DNA of 64,000 bases. Source: Rozella allomycis CSF55 (Eukaryota). The stretch is taken from the NCBI GenBank assembly GCA_000442015.1, contig KE561145.1, forward strand, positions 1 to 64,000, in the 5' to 3' direction. The position numbers and the translations under genes are program-made. This document shows, in pieces, positions 25,954 to 39,212 of this stretch; position 1 is the stretch's first letter, and the number at the start of each line of letters is the position of its first letter. A model generated the notes under the pieces. That model did no database searches, was not told the DNA's origin, and worked only from the letters and a program-made list of their open reading frames with translations.

Positions 25954-27079
25954 TTACTTTGAATTCCATAGTCCTAAGAGAATTCCAATGATTACAATGA
26001 TTATTGAGAGTAACACTGAAAAGGGACCAAAAGTCGAAATAATGCCTAAATTAGATAAACGATGTAAAATTACAGAATGAAAGGAATGCTGGAATTGAAA
26101 ATCTGGCCATTTTATTCAAATCTTCTAATTGGAATGCTACAGTCGCAATGACATTATCTCTATGATTTTTAGTTGAAATAGTTTTTAATAACAAGACTAT
26201 CTCCGTTAATGATATTATTTCGCGGAATTTATTCTTTATCGGAAGACAAAAATCAGGTTCGCCGTTTAGAGAAATAATTTGGAGCTGTAATTGCTTTTTG
26301 AAGGCCAATATTTGATTAGCAGTAATAGAATCTTTTAATAAGTCCACTTTTATCGATTCCATCAATTTAAAGTAATCTTTTTTGAATTCGTCCAAAATCA
26401 AGTCAAGAAGATCCTTCAACTCTGTAAGAATTATAGATGCACAGTTTACCCAATTTCGAAGACAAGTTCAGCTCAGATAAAATATCCAAATTGGTGAAAT
26501 TAAACGTAATTAAAAGGTTATGAGATGACGAATATTGAAACAATTTTCCATGCTGGTCAATTATACTCCTCCAGTTTAAGGAATTTGTGAATAACTATTT
26601 TGAAACTATCATGAGTTTACATGAATAATAAATTCTTTTTCATCATCGTTTGGATTTTCAAGATGCAGCCATGCGGCGTTTTCTGGATTGTCAATTAAGG
26701 TTATGAAAGAAAAGTGCCCGGAATCAAGCTCTTCAAAACTTTCTGCTTGCAAAAATCCTGATATGGGCGTATAAAATGTTATCCTATTGTATTTTAGGGT
26801 GACGTTTTGAGATTTTGGCATAGAAATGCCCATTCCGTCTTTGAAAGCCTTAAGAGATTCCACTGCCCATTCACGCTTGATACGTGAATCGGTAAAAACA
26901 TTTTTATTCAAAACATCGACTATTGGTTCATTTGATACTAAATTCTGGATTGCAGCGGTTAAGGGGAAGGAGGAAGGATCAGGAGTTTGAGACAGAAAAT
27001 TTGGAAATTTAATGTGAGGATGTTTAGAGAAAGATGATTTGGGTCTATTTGGCGAAGAATCCAAAGAACTTTCAAGCAT
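25954..27079 (-). CDS. divergent CorA/Alr1/Mnr2-like divalent cation transporter
   Basis: RITFYT..AESFEEL..F..LI..AWLHLENPNDDE N-terminal motif; two C-terminal TM helices; no GMN motif. Confidence 0.6.
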
Positions 27080-27141
27080 TAAAATGAAACAACCAAAATT
27101 CTGAAATTTATGAAAATAAAATTGAAAAGAAAAACATTAGA

Positions 27142-29003
27142 TTAGGACTGTCTAAACCAATAAACTAATTGTTCGGCGGATATTCTTTGCGAGGGATTTG
27201 GATCTAGCATTTTTGTGATTAGAGTTAAAAGTTCAGGCGATCGATCAACTTCGAAGGGTATCTGAGAAAAATCACCCGTCCGCAGCTTTCTCCATTCTTC
27301 ACCTTCGGAAGGTAATTCGATGTTTGAAGCGACTTCTAGAGCAATCAATCCAATGCTATCTTAAATAATTAGTTAATTTTACCTAAATATATCTGCAGGT
27401 TTATCGTAAAAGCCTTCAAGAATTTCAGGCGCGATATAAAATTTGTCACCTTCCGTGTCTACTGTGCTCAACTTTTCAACTCAAATGTACTATTTTACCT
27501 CGGAATCTTGACAAGAAAGGCCAAAGTCTCCTATCCTGAATCGATAGTCGCCGTCAATTAATATATTGGCGGGTTTGATATCGAAGTGAATGACTCCCGA
27601 CTGATGAATATGATAAATTCCCTACTTTCCGACTCAGTACATTATTACCTCTGCCAAGTCCGAAAGGATTCTGTATATTTCTTGTTCTGAAAAAAATCCG
27701 CCCTGCAGAATTCGTTTGTTCATTAAGGTTTCTAATCTAAAAATTTCCTAATACATTCAAAATTACGTTCCATTTGGGTATAATTCTGTTTCGATGTAAA
27801 GATAGCCATATTGTTCCCAGCTAGATAGTATTCTGACAATGTTTGGATGTCCACAAACTAACCAGAGATTTTCGACTTCTTCAAGATGTTTCAGCCTAAT
27901 TTTTGTATGACTGACCCTGGTTACCTGTCACACAACCCCTGAAATGGAGTTCGAGTTTTCTTTACAGNCCCCTGAAATGGAGTACGAGTTTTCTTTACAG
28001 CCGAAAATAAGCCATCGTCCCTTCGCCTTGTTTTATAGACATCGGCAAAAGAACCACTACCAAGGGACTCTACTATTTCGTAATGTGTAAGAAAATAGTC
28101 CTCCTTGTCATTGAAATCGCAATTCAAGAGTTCGTTCCGATCTTTCTGGGAGAAAAAGTGTTTATCGAGTATGTGGGGAAACATAGTTCGCCAAATAAAG
28201 ATTGACGAAGAAACGCCTCGCATTTCAGAAGAAAAGTTTTGCTTCTCATCGTTACGAGTAAAAAGTAATAAAGGAGACATTGCCATTTCGTTCTCGTCAT
28301 TATCGTTGTCATCAAATATCATGGAATTTCTGTCATCGTCTTCCCTTATCGGTGATGAATAAAGATTAAACGATTTTCTTTGGTCTAAAGGCGACGAAGG
28401 TGAGGCTGGTGATTGTTGAGGATCAAAGGGTGGAGATGACGATCTGACGTATAGAGGAGTTTGAAAAATATTATGTGCATGTCCAGGATGCGGAGTACTA
28501 GGATTAGGAGAACCATCTTCATCTGTTTGCTCTTCTTCTATTCCTGGCCTTCTTATTGCTTGTGACTCAAAAACATCTTCGACCCACTTGTTATTCTCTG
28601 GGGCTTTTGATAATAGCGAGTTCCTTCTCGGCGTACCAATACTCTGTTTAATAGTTGATTGCACAATCTGTGGTGTATACTGCAATAAAACTTTGCTGTG
28701 CATTTTCTTTGATGGTGTATTCGGTGTTGGAGTAGAAGCTTCTGAAGTCTTTCCAAGTAATCGCGTTTTCTTGGACAAAAATCCCGTGGATCGGAACGCT
28801 AAAGGATCTGGCTTAATTCCTTTCCATGTAGGTGTAGCATCAGGTGATATATTATTACTCGGCATTGAAAGGCGTCTTGCAAAAGGACTAGCACCAGATA
28901 TCTGCGAGCAGGTATTTTCCTTATTTTCCCAAAATAATTCTGAATCTTTTCCTTTGTTAGAAAACGGCGAAAACTCGTCTGTTGCTGGTTGTGTTAACGT
29001 CAT
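27142..29003 (-). CDS. WEE1: Wee1/Myt1-family kinase
   Basis: LGSGSFADV, YLYIETELYPNG, HFDIKPANILI, EGDKFYIAPE, ELPSEGEEWRKLRTGDFS. Confidence 0.9.
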
Positions 29004-29577
29004 GAAATTTCAGGGGTAGTTTCCCGCCATTTTTGTTAAGCCAAAAGAGTCTTCAAATGAAGCTCATATTTTCAAAAATGAACATAAAAATGCAATTTAA
29101 TTTCATGGCACGAAAATTATGGGCCAAAAATGTATTTTCTTAGCTTTACATTATCTATTTGCATTGCGTCTTTCTATACACGCAGAATTAGTGTAAGATA
29201 GGTGCTTTTCGATAATATACAAGTCTTGCTGCCGTTTTCTCTACTTTCGTTAGAGGTGCAAGGCTTGTGACTGGGAAAATTCATAAAGTTCTAGATCCAA
29301 TCAAGTACACGATTGCAATATATACGTATAAATTTTATTTAATGTATTCATATAACTCCATAATTCCATTCGCTTATTTTAACACGCGTTTTTATCTTAA
29401 TTTCTATTCGTAAATGACCGTTGGGTCCTTTAGTAATTCATTTGTAAATCGTGTGTATTGGAAAGTCAATATCAATAGTGCAATATAATGTTTGCAGTAT
29501 TGCTTCTGAAATATAAATTGATGACTGATGTTGATTTCCATTGTCGCCAGCCACAAAGCTTTATAGAGAGATTCGAG

Positions 29578-30453
29578 ATGATTTGTAACTACAGAATTGC
29601 ACCTATTTTGAAGAATCCTTATGCAGGAGCAACTATTATGAAGAGAAATATGTCTATATTGTCTGGTCTCGTTTTTACAACTTCGGCTACAATGTCCTCT
29701 TTTATGATTGCAGGAATGGCTGAAAGAATGGGATCGAAATATCCAAAGTATCGCTTGCGTGAAATTAAAGCGCCGCCAAATATTAAATCTCTTATTCATT
29801 CAAGCACCAATTTAATAACAGACATAAAACAAAAATTCAATTATCTTTCATCGTCAGAAAAGATTGCGGGAAGTATTATTTTATTGAATTCTGTCGTATT
29901 TTTGTTGTGGCAATTCCCATCTATGCAAGTTTCGATGTTTAGCAATATGGTCAATTATAAATCGGCAAAAGTGTATACATTATTGACGAATATATTCAGT
30001 CAAAGAGATTTTATTAGTTTTGCAATTACCAATTATGTTCTTTGGGGCAATATTCAAGATATGGTGAATTTCCACATGGGAAAACATCAGTTTCTTGCAT
30101 TTTACATGAGTTCTGGGGTTATTGCATCTTATTTATCATATTTGCTCAAAGTAACAGCGGGCCTTGGAAGTTTTGCTTCAGGGCCTTATTCATCATTGTT
30201 TGCATTGTTTGGCTATCTATCCGAGACCAATAAAAATAGCTATGTATCATTGTTTGGATTTGGATCTTTTAGAATGCAGAATCTATTTTGGATTTTCATG
30301 GGAATAGATTTGTTTTCTTTGATGGGACTATTTACAATTTCTCTTGGAAGTAGCGGGTCATTTTTCGGCGGTCTCTTTGGAGTCTTATACGCCAGGTATT
30401 TCCAACGATATTTGTGGGATTATCGACATAAATATTTGAAATTCTTTAAATAA
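29578..30453 (+). CDS. PARL/Pcp1-like mitochondrial rhomboid, apparently lacking catalytic residues
   Basis: IILLNSVVFLLWQ, LLTNIFSQ, MGKHQFLAFYMSSGVIAS; start codon uncertain. Confidence 0.75.
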   Translation: MICNYRIAPILKNPYAGATIMKRNMSILSGLVFTTSATMSSFMIAGMAERMGSKYPKYRLREIKAPPNIKSLIHSSTNLITDIKQKFNYLSSSEKIAGSIILLNSVVFLLWQFPSMQVSMFSNMVNYKSAKVYTLLTNIFSQRDFISFAITNYVLWGNIQDMVNFHMGKHQFLAFYMSSGVIASYLSYLLKVTAGLGSFASGPYSSLFALFGYLSETNKNSYVSLFGFGSFRMQNLFWIFMGIDLFSLMGLFTISLGSSGSFFGGLFGVLYARYFQRYLWDYRHKYLKFFK

Positions 30454-30494
30454 AGATTTAAAGTGATTGAAATTGCGCTTTATATTTATTTATG

Positions 30495-31373
30495 CTAAAA
30501 GGTTTCATTGTCAATTTCTGGGTCTTGAGGTATTTCAAATCCATCCTAAAATCTAGAGAACATTCATACATACCTCAACTTTGTATAGTATAGATTGAAT
30601 TTTCTTTAACAATAAATTATTGGGATCATTCTGTTCACATTCTTGTACTTCTATTTCCACGTCTCTCAATTTTTGATAATAAAAATTGCGTTCTTTTTCC
30701 AGCGCTTGATTGACCTGTTGAAGTTTTTGGATTTGATGTTTTAACACTTCTAAAATTTGTGCGCTATGGTTTGATGGCCGGTTAGCAGAGTTTATCGATT
30801 TAGGCCTGCCAAAAAGTTTCGCATCTGATATATTCGAATTGCTTCGAGATCCTGGGTTGCATTAGCAAAAATATTACTTGATTCTTTTAGTTTGGAAAGT
30901 TTGATGGAAGAAACAATACCTTCAGAGCATAATTTTCTTCTTTCTGATGGATTATATTCCCTTGTTGGAGGATGAATATCAAAAAACCGTTTAAACCATT
31001 GTGTGAATTCCTGTTGAAAAGATTGTAGTTTATTACAAAGTTATCTTGAAACTTCATCTTTGCCAATCTTTCTATTGGAATTGGCTTTATCATGAAACTG
31101 TCAAGTTTACTTTTTGAATTCTGTGTTGCAGAAAAGAATTTTGTAGAATTTTATAGTTTTGAATGATTTCATAATCTAAAATGGTATCAAATTTAATCTT
31201 TTGCATTGGAACATCCCCTATGCTTAGGCATGGCTAGAAGTACCGTAAATAGAATCTATAATTTGACAATACGCTGCACCATTGCCTAACTGTTCAATTC
31301 TTGTATAATTGAGATCTAAGAGATTGTTTATCCACTGTAGCAAATCGGTTCTGCTCAGGTCTGTATTTGACAT
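30495..31373 (-). CDS. BIM1: EB1/Bim1/Mal3 microtubule plus-end protein
   Basis: SRTDLLQWIN, GNGAAYCQIIDSIY, KFQDNFEF, LEKERNFYYQKLRDVE. Confidence 0.93.
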
Positions 31374-31500
31374 GAAAATATAAACAAAAGTGAGGTTCTT
31401 TGATATATAAAAGGAAATGTTGTATGAATTTATTGAGATGTTTAAAAGAGATGAATTGAAATCATAAAAATCTCGTAAATGACCCTTGTAACTCGTTGGA

Positions 31501-33616
31501 ATGGGCTTCCTTGCAGTGATTGATGCAGCAATTTTCAAGAATGTTGTCGGTATAATAATGGAGATGATTTTATTTAGACAATATTCCGGTGTCTATTTTA
31601 AAATATGTTCCAAAAAACGAGAGTTTGGACAAGATTTATGTCTTTAATGGTTCTAATAGTTCCAGTCAAGATTCTCTGGTTCAAAATATGTCGAGTGAAA
31701 TGACTCTTTTGGAAGTGGCAGGTATAGAATGTGTTTGAAGCTGAGTAGGTGTTTTGATGGGACATACGAATGTTGCTTATCAAGTGATATTGTTTTCAGA
31801 AGATAGGGAATTTAGAAGGTTGTTTTATAGCATGAATAAAAGATTGATTTGGGTTAAATTTAATAAAGATCAAGAGAATGAGAGTATCTTTAATGTAAAG
31901 TATGCCAAGGCAGTGGCAGAGCCAAAGGATAAAGTTGAAGAAAAAGTTGTGAAAGATCAAGATGTGAAAGAAAAAGATGTGAAAGAACAAGATGTAGATG
32001 AAAAAGTTGTAGAAGAAAAGCTCAAGAAGGGCGTAGAGAAGAAGAAAGTAGAAGAAGGTGAAAAGATCAAGAGTGAACAGACTAAAGCTAAGAATGAACA
32101 GATTAGCAATGAAAAAATAAATTCTGAAAAAATTAATTCTGAAAAGATTGAAAAAGAAATTGAAATAAAAATTGAAAAGAATAAAACAAGAGATGAAAAA
32201 CCTTTGATAAGAGATGAAAAACCTTTGATGGTTGTTAACATGAATGCTGGACACATGATAAACTTGCAAACACCAAAGAAAACAAATAGATTTGCAAGAT
32301 CCTTTTTGGAATTAATTTTTGTAGATTTATATTTCTGTTTAAAAGGAAATAAAATAAAAAAGAAAGATTTTATTCAAAAATTGGGAAAATACGAAACTGC
32401 AATTAAAGATGCGATGCTTTCAACAGAAGAATTCTTCAATTGCCTTGAAAAAAGTCGTTTGATTTCTGAAATTAATGAATTTATTGAATTTTCAGATATT
32501 TCAAACACAAAAACTTTAAAAATGTTTGAAAGAATCGCAAATATTTTCAAATCTAAAAAATCTGCTTCTTTTCATTTCATCACTGAAAAAATTTCTTATA
32601 CTTATGTGAACCAGATTCTCGGGTTTAACAAAATTGATGAATTTATAAAATATCTTTGTGAGTGCCAGATCTTAGATCAATACAAAAGCCACTATTTACC
32701 GGGAATTGGGATGAAGAGAAAATTGAAAGAAAATGAAGAAAAGATTACGAGAGAAGAAGAAAATAAAGATGTAAAACTTGAAGAAAATAAAGATGTAAAA
32801 GTCAATGAAAAGATTGAAGAAAAGAGAGAAAATTTGATTGGAAAATATTCAACTAGAAGAAGAAAATTGAATGATGAAGATTTGAGAAAAGTTATTCAAA
32901 CTTTAACGATTCATTCTTTTGATAACACTGGAAACGTCCATCGTTCAGTTTTAGAAAATCTCTTGTTGGATTTTGAGCCAGAAATAAAATATCTCGGATT
33001 TAACAACATCCACAGTGTAATTGATTATCTTTTAAATTCAAAATTAATTCTAGAAAATTCCAAAGGAATTCTTTCTTTAAATTCTTTTGAAATTCATTCA
33101 TCAACCCTGGACTTTTTAAATTCAGATAAAAAGCCAAAAGAAATTTTAAAAGAATTAGAAAAATTTCAAATTGATAAAAATAGACTTTCAAATCTTTCTT
33201 CTTCTTTTTCTTCCAAATCTTTTAAAAGAAATGATCTATTGGTGCACTCAGCCACATATTTCCTTTTGAAAAATCCACTTTCAAAAGAATCTTTTCTCAA
33301 TTATTTAAATCTAAAGTTTTTTAATCACATTTCAAATAACAAAGAAAAGGTTTTTGATCGTCTAGTTGAATTAGATTTGATTCTCTTTGATTCTTCTTCA
33401 AACCAAGTCATGCTTAATGATGATTCTAATCTTCTCGTTCGCTTGCTGAATCTTTTAGAAAACGATCCTGAAGGTGGCGCATTGGAGTTTTCTAAATTTA
33501 ATTTCTCAAGCCACAAAGAATTTCTGAAATTTACCCGCGAAATTTCCCAAAAAATTGAATCTCTTTTAAATGAAGGTGATGAAAATAATCATCAGGAAGA
33601 AAATAAATACAATTAA
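31501..33616 (+). CDS. hypothetical protein with a PIN/NYN-like N-terminus, charged linker and possible LOTUS/winged-helix repeats
   Basis: FLAVIDAA..VILFSEDREF; LGFNKIDEFIKYL and LGFNNIHSVIDYL; two 5' introns join the 620-aa ORF. Confidence 0.5.
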
Positions 33617-33642
33617 TCAATGATTTTTATTATTTTTATGTA

Positions 33643-34211
33643 TTATTTGGAAAATTTGACAGGTAAAATGCGTCTGGTAATGTTTTCTATTATCCAACAA
33701 AAGTAATTTTACTAGATGATCGTTTAATTCTGTTATTATCAAACATGTATCGAGTTTTAAAAGATAATACATCCTCGCAAGTTTGTTTCTCTACTATTCC
33801 TTCATCAAGCCTCAATACACACGACCTTTTAATACATTTCTTACCACTTACCCAATCTTAATCTCATTCTTCTTTTTATTTCGCCTTCTAACCTTCTTTT
33901 TAACTATTTCTTCATTTTTATTCAACGTTTCTTCAGTACTTGCAAAAATCAATTACATTCAAATTACTTTAAAGATTCTAGTATATTCTCACTTATCGGT
34001 TCAATAGCTTTTGTCTTTTTTTGAGCTTTTCTACTCTCATCGCGCGTTTTATTTCTTAATTTTTCAGCCTTTTTTAATCTATCTTTTTAAAAAATACTCT
34101 CTGTTACTTCAAACGAAACTCATTTTCTTTTTTTATCAAGTCGATCGAATCTTCCTTCATTTTATTATTAGATACCATTTCTGGTGCTTCATCTTCAGAG
34201 TCTGTTGTCAT
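33643..34211 (-). CDS. small basic nucleolar protein, NOL7/Bud21-like (4 introns; not in the ORF track)
   Basis: MTTDSEDEAPEMVS..KAEKLRNKTRDE..EPISENILESL..FKTRYMF..RIKR. Confidence 0.6.
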
Positions 34212-34268
34212 AAAATTCAATGTGGCTAAGTTGCTAGTCTTCACAAAACCAAAAAATATAATGAATAA

Positions 34269-37200
34269 CTATTCTTTATTTACAGAATTAGATATGGAAT
34301 GGACACTGTGATTAATAACAGGCTTGGATGAGGTTTTTTGATTGACAGAATTCAGGCTCGGCGATTGATTCACAGTGTTATAATTCACCCAATACTCTCG
34401 GTTCCTTACTATGCCATCAATTATTATAGGAACGGGTGCAAAATTATTCAAGGTATCAAATAATGGCATACACACAATTTCAATAAACCCTCGCTGTGAA
34501 GATGCAACATTTGCCGTCTCGCGGTCCATAAACGCTGATATTGGTAGCCCAAGCTTTCTCTCCTGATCTCCTTGTCTAAAGAACTCTTCCAAAATTCGTT
34601 GCGTCCATATTTGTGTAATTGAAAATGACTTGGTTGGATTTGCTACATCTCCGCATTTAATCAAAATTTTGGCGAGCAAATTATGGTCATCCTTGTTCTC
34701 AAATGGAGAAAAAGTATTTCTATTGGAAATCTTTTTCGTTTAATTTGCGATTTTACCTTGGCCTTGAACGTGTTCACAATTTCAAAGTGATTAAACAAGT
34801 CAGTCGCAAGCACCTTCTCAATGACGCACATAGAAATTTACCAAATCTATTATAGATGATCGCACAGTCTTATATTCATGTTTAGGTAATGCAGAAAGGA
34901 AATTGCATTCAGGGGACTGCAAAATTTTAAATGAAGATGCTAAATGATGATTTTCTAAAACTGATTTGTCATTGTAGAGAATGGCCTTTTCATTGCCTGT
35001 TGCTATCAAAAAGTTGTTATTAAACCCTGGATGGTCAAAATCGTGTATTGCGGAAGCCACAAATAGAGAAAGCATATCCAAAGAGTTAAAGTAGCCCTTT
35101 AACGCTGGATGAGATAAAAAGAAAGACACTGCATGGAGAACATCGGCTGCATGGACGCTATTGTGGTCTATAAAACAAAACCGAAATGATTACATGGTAC
35201 GTCGGGATGATAGCCCTCCTCGATATGTACAATAAATTTTAAAAATAATTCTGTTGATATCTTAAATTGGCCTATAAGCCCATACTGTTGAAATAAATAG
35301 CATGTTAAGAATGCCAATGGTCTATTGCTGGTTGCTTCTGCAAAATCAAAGATGCCAAAATTCCATTCTGTTACAGATGCTATAATTGCATTGATTTTTG
35401 ATAACTGAGAAGTATTTTCAGGACACGTCTCTGGATATTCGGTAAGACAAATAGCATTGTAGCAATTTCCTTGCAGAAGCTATTAAATATATATTAAAAA
35501 ATTACTTGCTCAACAACGGGATTAACATTTTTAGGTAGTGGAGGTGCACCATAAACCGAGAAGGTAGATCCAGCAGCATCAGTCACAACTTGACTGACAG
35601 AATTAATTGTCGTTAGAGAGCCAGAAACGGCATTTTTAATTGCTTTTAATGTTCCATACTTTCATTTTACTTGAAATTGGTTGCGCTTGAACCGAAATGG
35701 ATGAATTCTCTGAGACCGTCTCTTTGTTGTTTAGATTGTCAAAGGCATTAGCCGATGTTTTCATAATGCTATTCCGTCTTTGTCTACTTGGAGTGCCAGG
35801 ATCCTTTATCGTTGAATTACTAGTATTTGAATTTATTAATAAATTGGATGAACTCTTCTTCTTTCTATTTGCTAATTCAGAAAAAAGCCAGGCCTATTTT
35901 ACAAAGATAAAAAAATTACTTCTTGCTCAGGATCTATTTTAAGTTGCTCTTGATTTTCAAAATCTGGCTGATTCAAGTTTCCAGAGTTTAACAATGTCAA
36001 TACATGAGTTAAAGTGTGAACTTGCCCCGAATTCAAATACGGATCTGCTAAAAGAGACCTTAAGGATGCTAATGCCTTTTCCAAAGGCGACTCTACATCT
36101 GCCAAGGCTTGATTGTTAAATGACTTTTTCAACCCCAGTAATTGTTCAGTTAGCTGACTATTTCTTAGATGCAATAATCTGGAATTGCAAAATTGAACCC
36201 TCAAATTCATTTCTGTTTCATATGCCACAAAACAAGAAATTATACCAGCCCCAATCAAACCCATATTAGTTGTTAGAAATCCTGAAACAACGTTGATCCC
36301 ATTTATGTTCATAATAGAACTGAAACAGATGATTACAGTCACAATGAATATTACGCTTTGCCAAAATCTAAATCTACAGAATATTATTAGCACTAGCATC
36401 ATAACCGACACAAATGTAGCTGACGTAAAGGGTGAAGAATGACCCTCAATGACTATGAATCTTATTATTATGCCAACTAGAATGGCAATGAATGTAAGGC
36501 CTAAGCCTATCATGGACATATTCTTTATGAAGAAAGGCTTTGGTAATAGGTAAGAGCACAAATAAGCAGCGAATAAAGGTGCCAAAAAACCCAACAATAA
36601 AAAATACAAATCTACAGTGAAATCATAAGAAGAGCAAAGAGTATTGCAAGGGCAAGATGAACAAAAATATCCACTCAAGTTTGTTTCTGCCGATGAAGAA
36701 CTTCTACGTGAAACAACATCTAGGTAGAACTTCCCTTGAGCAGGATAGGTTAAAAGAATCCATGTTAAGGCTAAAAGACTAATTAAAGATCCCGCTAGAA
36801 ATGCAAACCTCCACGCACGAATGATTCTTTCATAAAACCATTTTTGATATTCTTTTTCGACATCCGCATTTTTGAAACTTAGCGAATAATTAAACACTTC
36901 ATATTCCTTTGGCAACTTACCATTTGAGTAATTAAGAGAACTACCTTTACTCTTTTTTAAAGGATCAATTTGTTGCTGTGAATCACTGACTGATCCTATA
37001 AGATGGTCGCCAGGAGAATTTAAAGCAGAAAATGGATTGAATTCAGATTTCTGTTGCTTTTTGAGAACACTATTGGAGGAATTGTTTGAGAGTGACGACT
37101 TTTGTCTTTCTTGACGAAAATGACCAATTAAACTTGGTCTCTTTGTTGATGATGTAATTGCATTTGCATCTGAACTCATTCTTCTGCTAGCTTGTAATTG

Positions 37201-37470
37201 GACATTACTCGGCTTCTTGGTCATAGTAGGTGCTTCTCTAATGTTTGATCCACTTTTCTGATTATTATGAAGGATTTCTGAATCGTAACGAAAAGAGCTA
37301 TGTTTCTTTATAATAGGTTTAATTTCAGCGGAGACGTTTCTCGAAATTTGCGAGTGATTATTGGCGGCTTGATCTGAATAAGGTAAAGGGGCCATTAATG
37401 AATGTCTTCTATTTTGATTATGTTTCGCTGAAGGCTCATGAGAATGTGAATAACGGCGGTTGGATTGCAT
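34269..37470 (-). CDS. class I cyclic-nucleotide phosphodiesterase with a multi-pass membrane domain
   Basis: PYHNSVHAADV, AIHDFDHPGFNNNFL, LYNDKSVLENHH, LATDL, IKCGDVANP, EEFFRQGDQE; about 6 TM helices upstream. Confidence 0.9.
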
Positions 37471-37561
37471 GCCGTTGGTTACCAACGGGAAGAAAGGAAT
37501 GTTTAAATTGCTGTAGAATTAAATGATAAAATAAAATATGGAAATATTTTGGTGATTTATT

Positions 37562-38249
37562 TTAGCATGAGGTGGCAACTTGATGCTCAAAGAACTTTTG
37601 AAGTGGTCCATGTCCATTGATAAACTTAACATAGCATCCGTCTTGCTTGATAAGGTTAGCTTCCTTTGCCTTTAAGTATTCTTCCTTAGTAAGAGGAGTA
37701 AAGCCCCATTTGTTGGAAACGATAACCTTTTGAAAACCTGGAAACTTGTATTTCGCACGACGAAGAGCTTCGATAGCTGTAGCTTTGTGATTTTCTTTGG
37801 TTCTAACAGAGAGAATAATTTGCCCAATGTTAACACGAGCAGCAGTTCCGGTTGGCTTACCGTAAGCACCACGCATACCTTGTTGAAGACGATCCGCACC
37901 AGCACATGACAACATTTTATTAATACGAAGAACATGGAAAGGATGTACACGAACACGCATATGGAAGGAATCTTTTCCAGCAACCTTTGCCAAATATTTG
38001 TTGGCACAGATACGAGCGGCTTCAAGAGCTTCGGAAGAAATTTGTTGATATTCTCCAGAAACTAAGTGAACACATTGTGGAAAGTCATCAACTGAGGCTT
38101 TCTTGCGACCAAGGTCAAAAATACGAATCTTTGGATCTTTAATTAAATGATTATTGAATAATTTTACCTGGGACACCACGGCAGAAACGAGACTTTGGAT
38201 AAGGCTTGTTTTTGCAATAACGGTAGCAACGAGCTGGACGGCGACCCAT
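37562..38249 (-). CDS. RPL10: 60S ribosomal protein L10 (uL16)
   Basis: [49 protein letters not shown]. Confidence 0.98.
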
Positions 38250-38317
38250 TTTGAATACAGGGGTTGTTCTCGAAAAAAATTAGGGAAATTTCAGAATTTT
38301 TATTCTAAAATTCACAA

Positions 38318-39174
38318 ATGACTTTAGAAGACTTTTCATGGCTTCCACAAAATAGGAATAATAATTTAATTTCTAGAAGCTGTTATGAAGATGAAGTGGA
38401 ACAATTAAATATTAATTCTGACAAGTCGTGCCATTTAATGTGGAAAGTACGTGCTATTGTTTGTTTTAATAAGAATGGCCCCATAGATAGAACGACAAAT
38501 GTTTTTATTGGTACTTTGGGATTCGGTTCTTTTATTCTATCACAATTTCATAGTAAAAAGCTTGTCGGAACAATTGTTATTCCTGATAGCTATCCCGTAA
38601 AGTCAGGGCGCATTAATATGAAATTGTCTAATAATCCTTACATTTTAATATACCAGGTTTTGGATTCATTGGTGATTATAATCAATCACGATGTAAGTGA
38701 TGAAGTATCATTCGACTTGGCTGACGTACTCCTATCCAAGTTGTCGTATGATCGGTATTAATAATTAATTAACTATATAGTGTGTTTTGCATAGATATGA
38801 TGGATCCTTCTGATGTTTTTGAGAAGCATTTAGGGGATGAACACGCAAGGATTTGTAGGACTGATTCATTTGATTATTCTTTTAATATTGACGATTTAGA
38901 AAGTCCAAGCGTTTTGAAATCTATTTCTGCAGCTGTTTTATCTCACGTAAGCTATACTCATTTCATAAAATAGTGTCAACTTCGAAAGCAAAAGTGTGCT
39001 GCATTAATTGGAATGTCACAAAGGAAAAATTATTTTCCTGTATCATTTTTCAAGGAATTTGAAGAATTAATCAAATTCTTGTATGATGCTCAATATTTAC
39101 AACTTGATTTAAACTCTATTTTGGCAGCGTATGATAAGTTGTTTAAACATGAAATCAATCCTTTATATATATAA
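38318..39174 (+). CDS. proteasome assembly chaperone 1-like
   Basis: LESPSVLKSISAAVLSHCQ; C-terminal HbYX motif (PLYI). Confidence 0.65.
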
Positions 39175-39212
39175 TTTCAATAAAAAATATTTATTTACAA
39201 TCTTAAATTAAA

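Noticed and set aside
27936-28000. Duplicated VKKTRTPFQG in WEE1; similar short duplications around Ns near 13487, 13717 and 14280
   Set aside because: Each flanks a single N, so these are scaffold-join artefacts.
31796-32269. Long antisense Phe/Ile-rich ORFs here and elsewhere in the ORF track
   Set aside because: Shadow frames of Lys/Glu-rich genes on the opposite strand.
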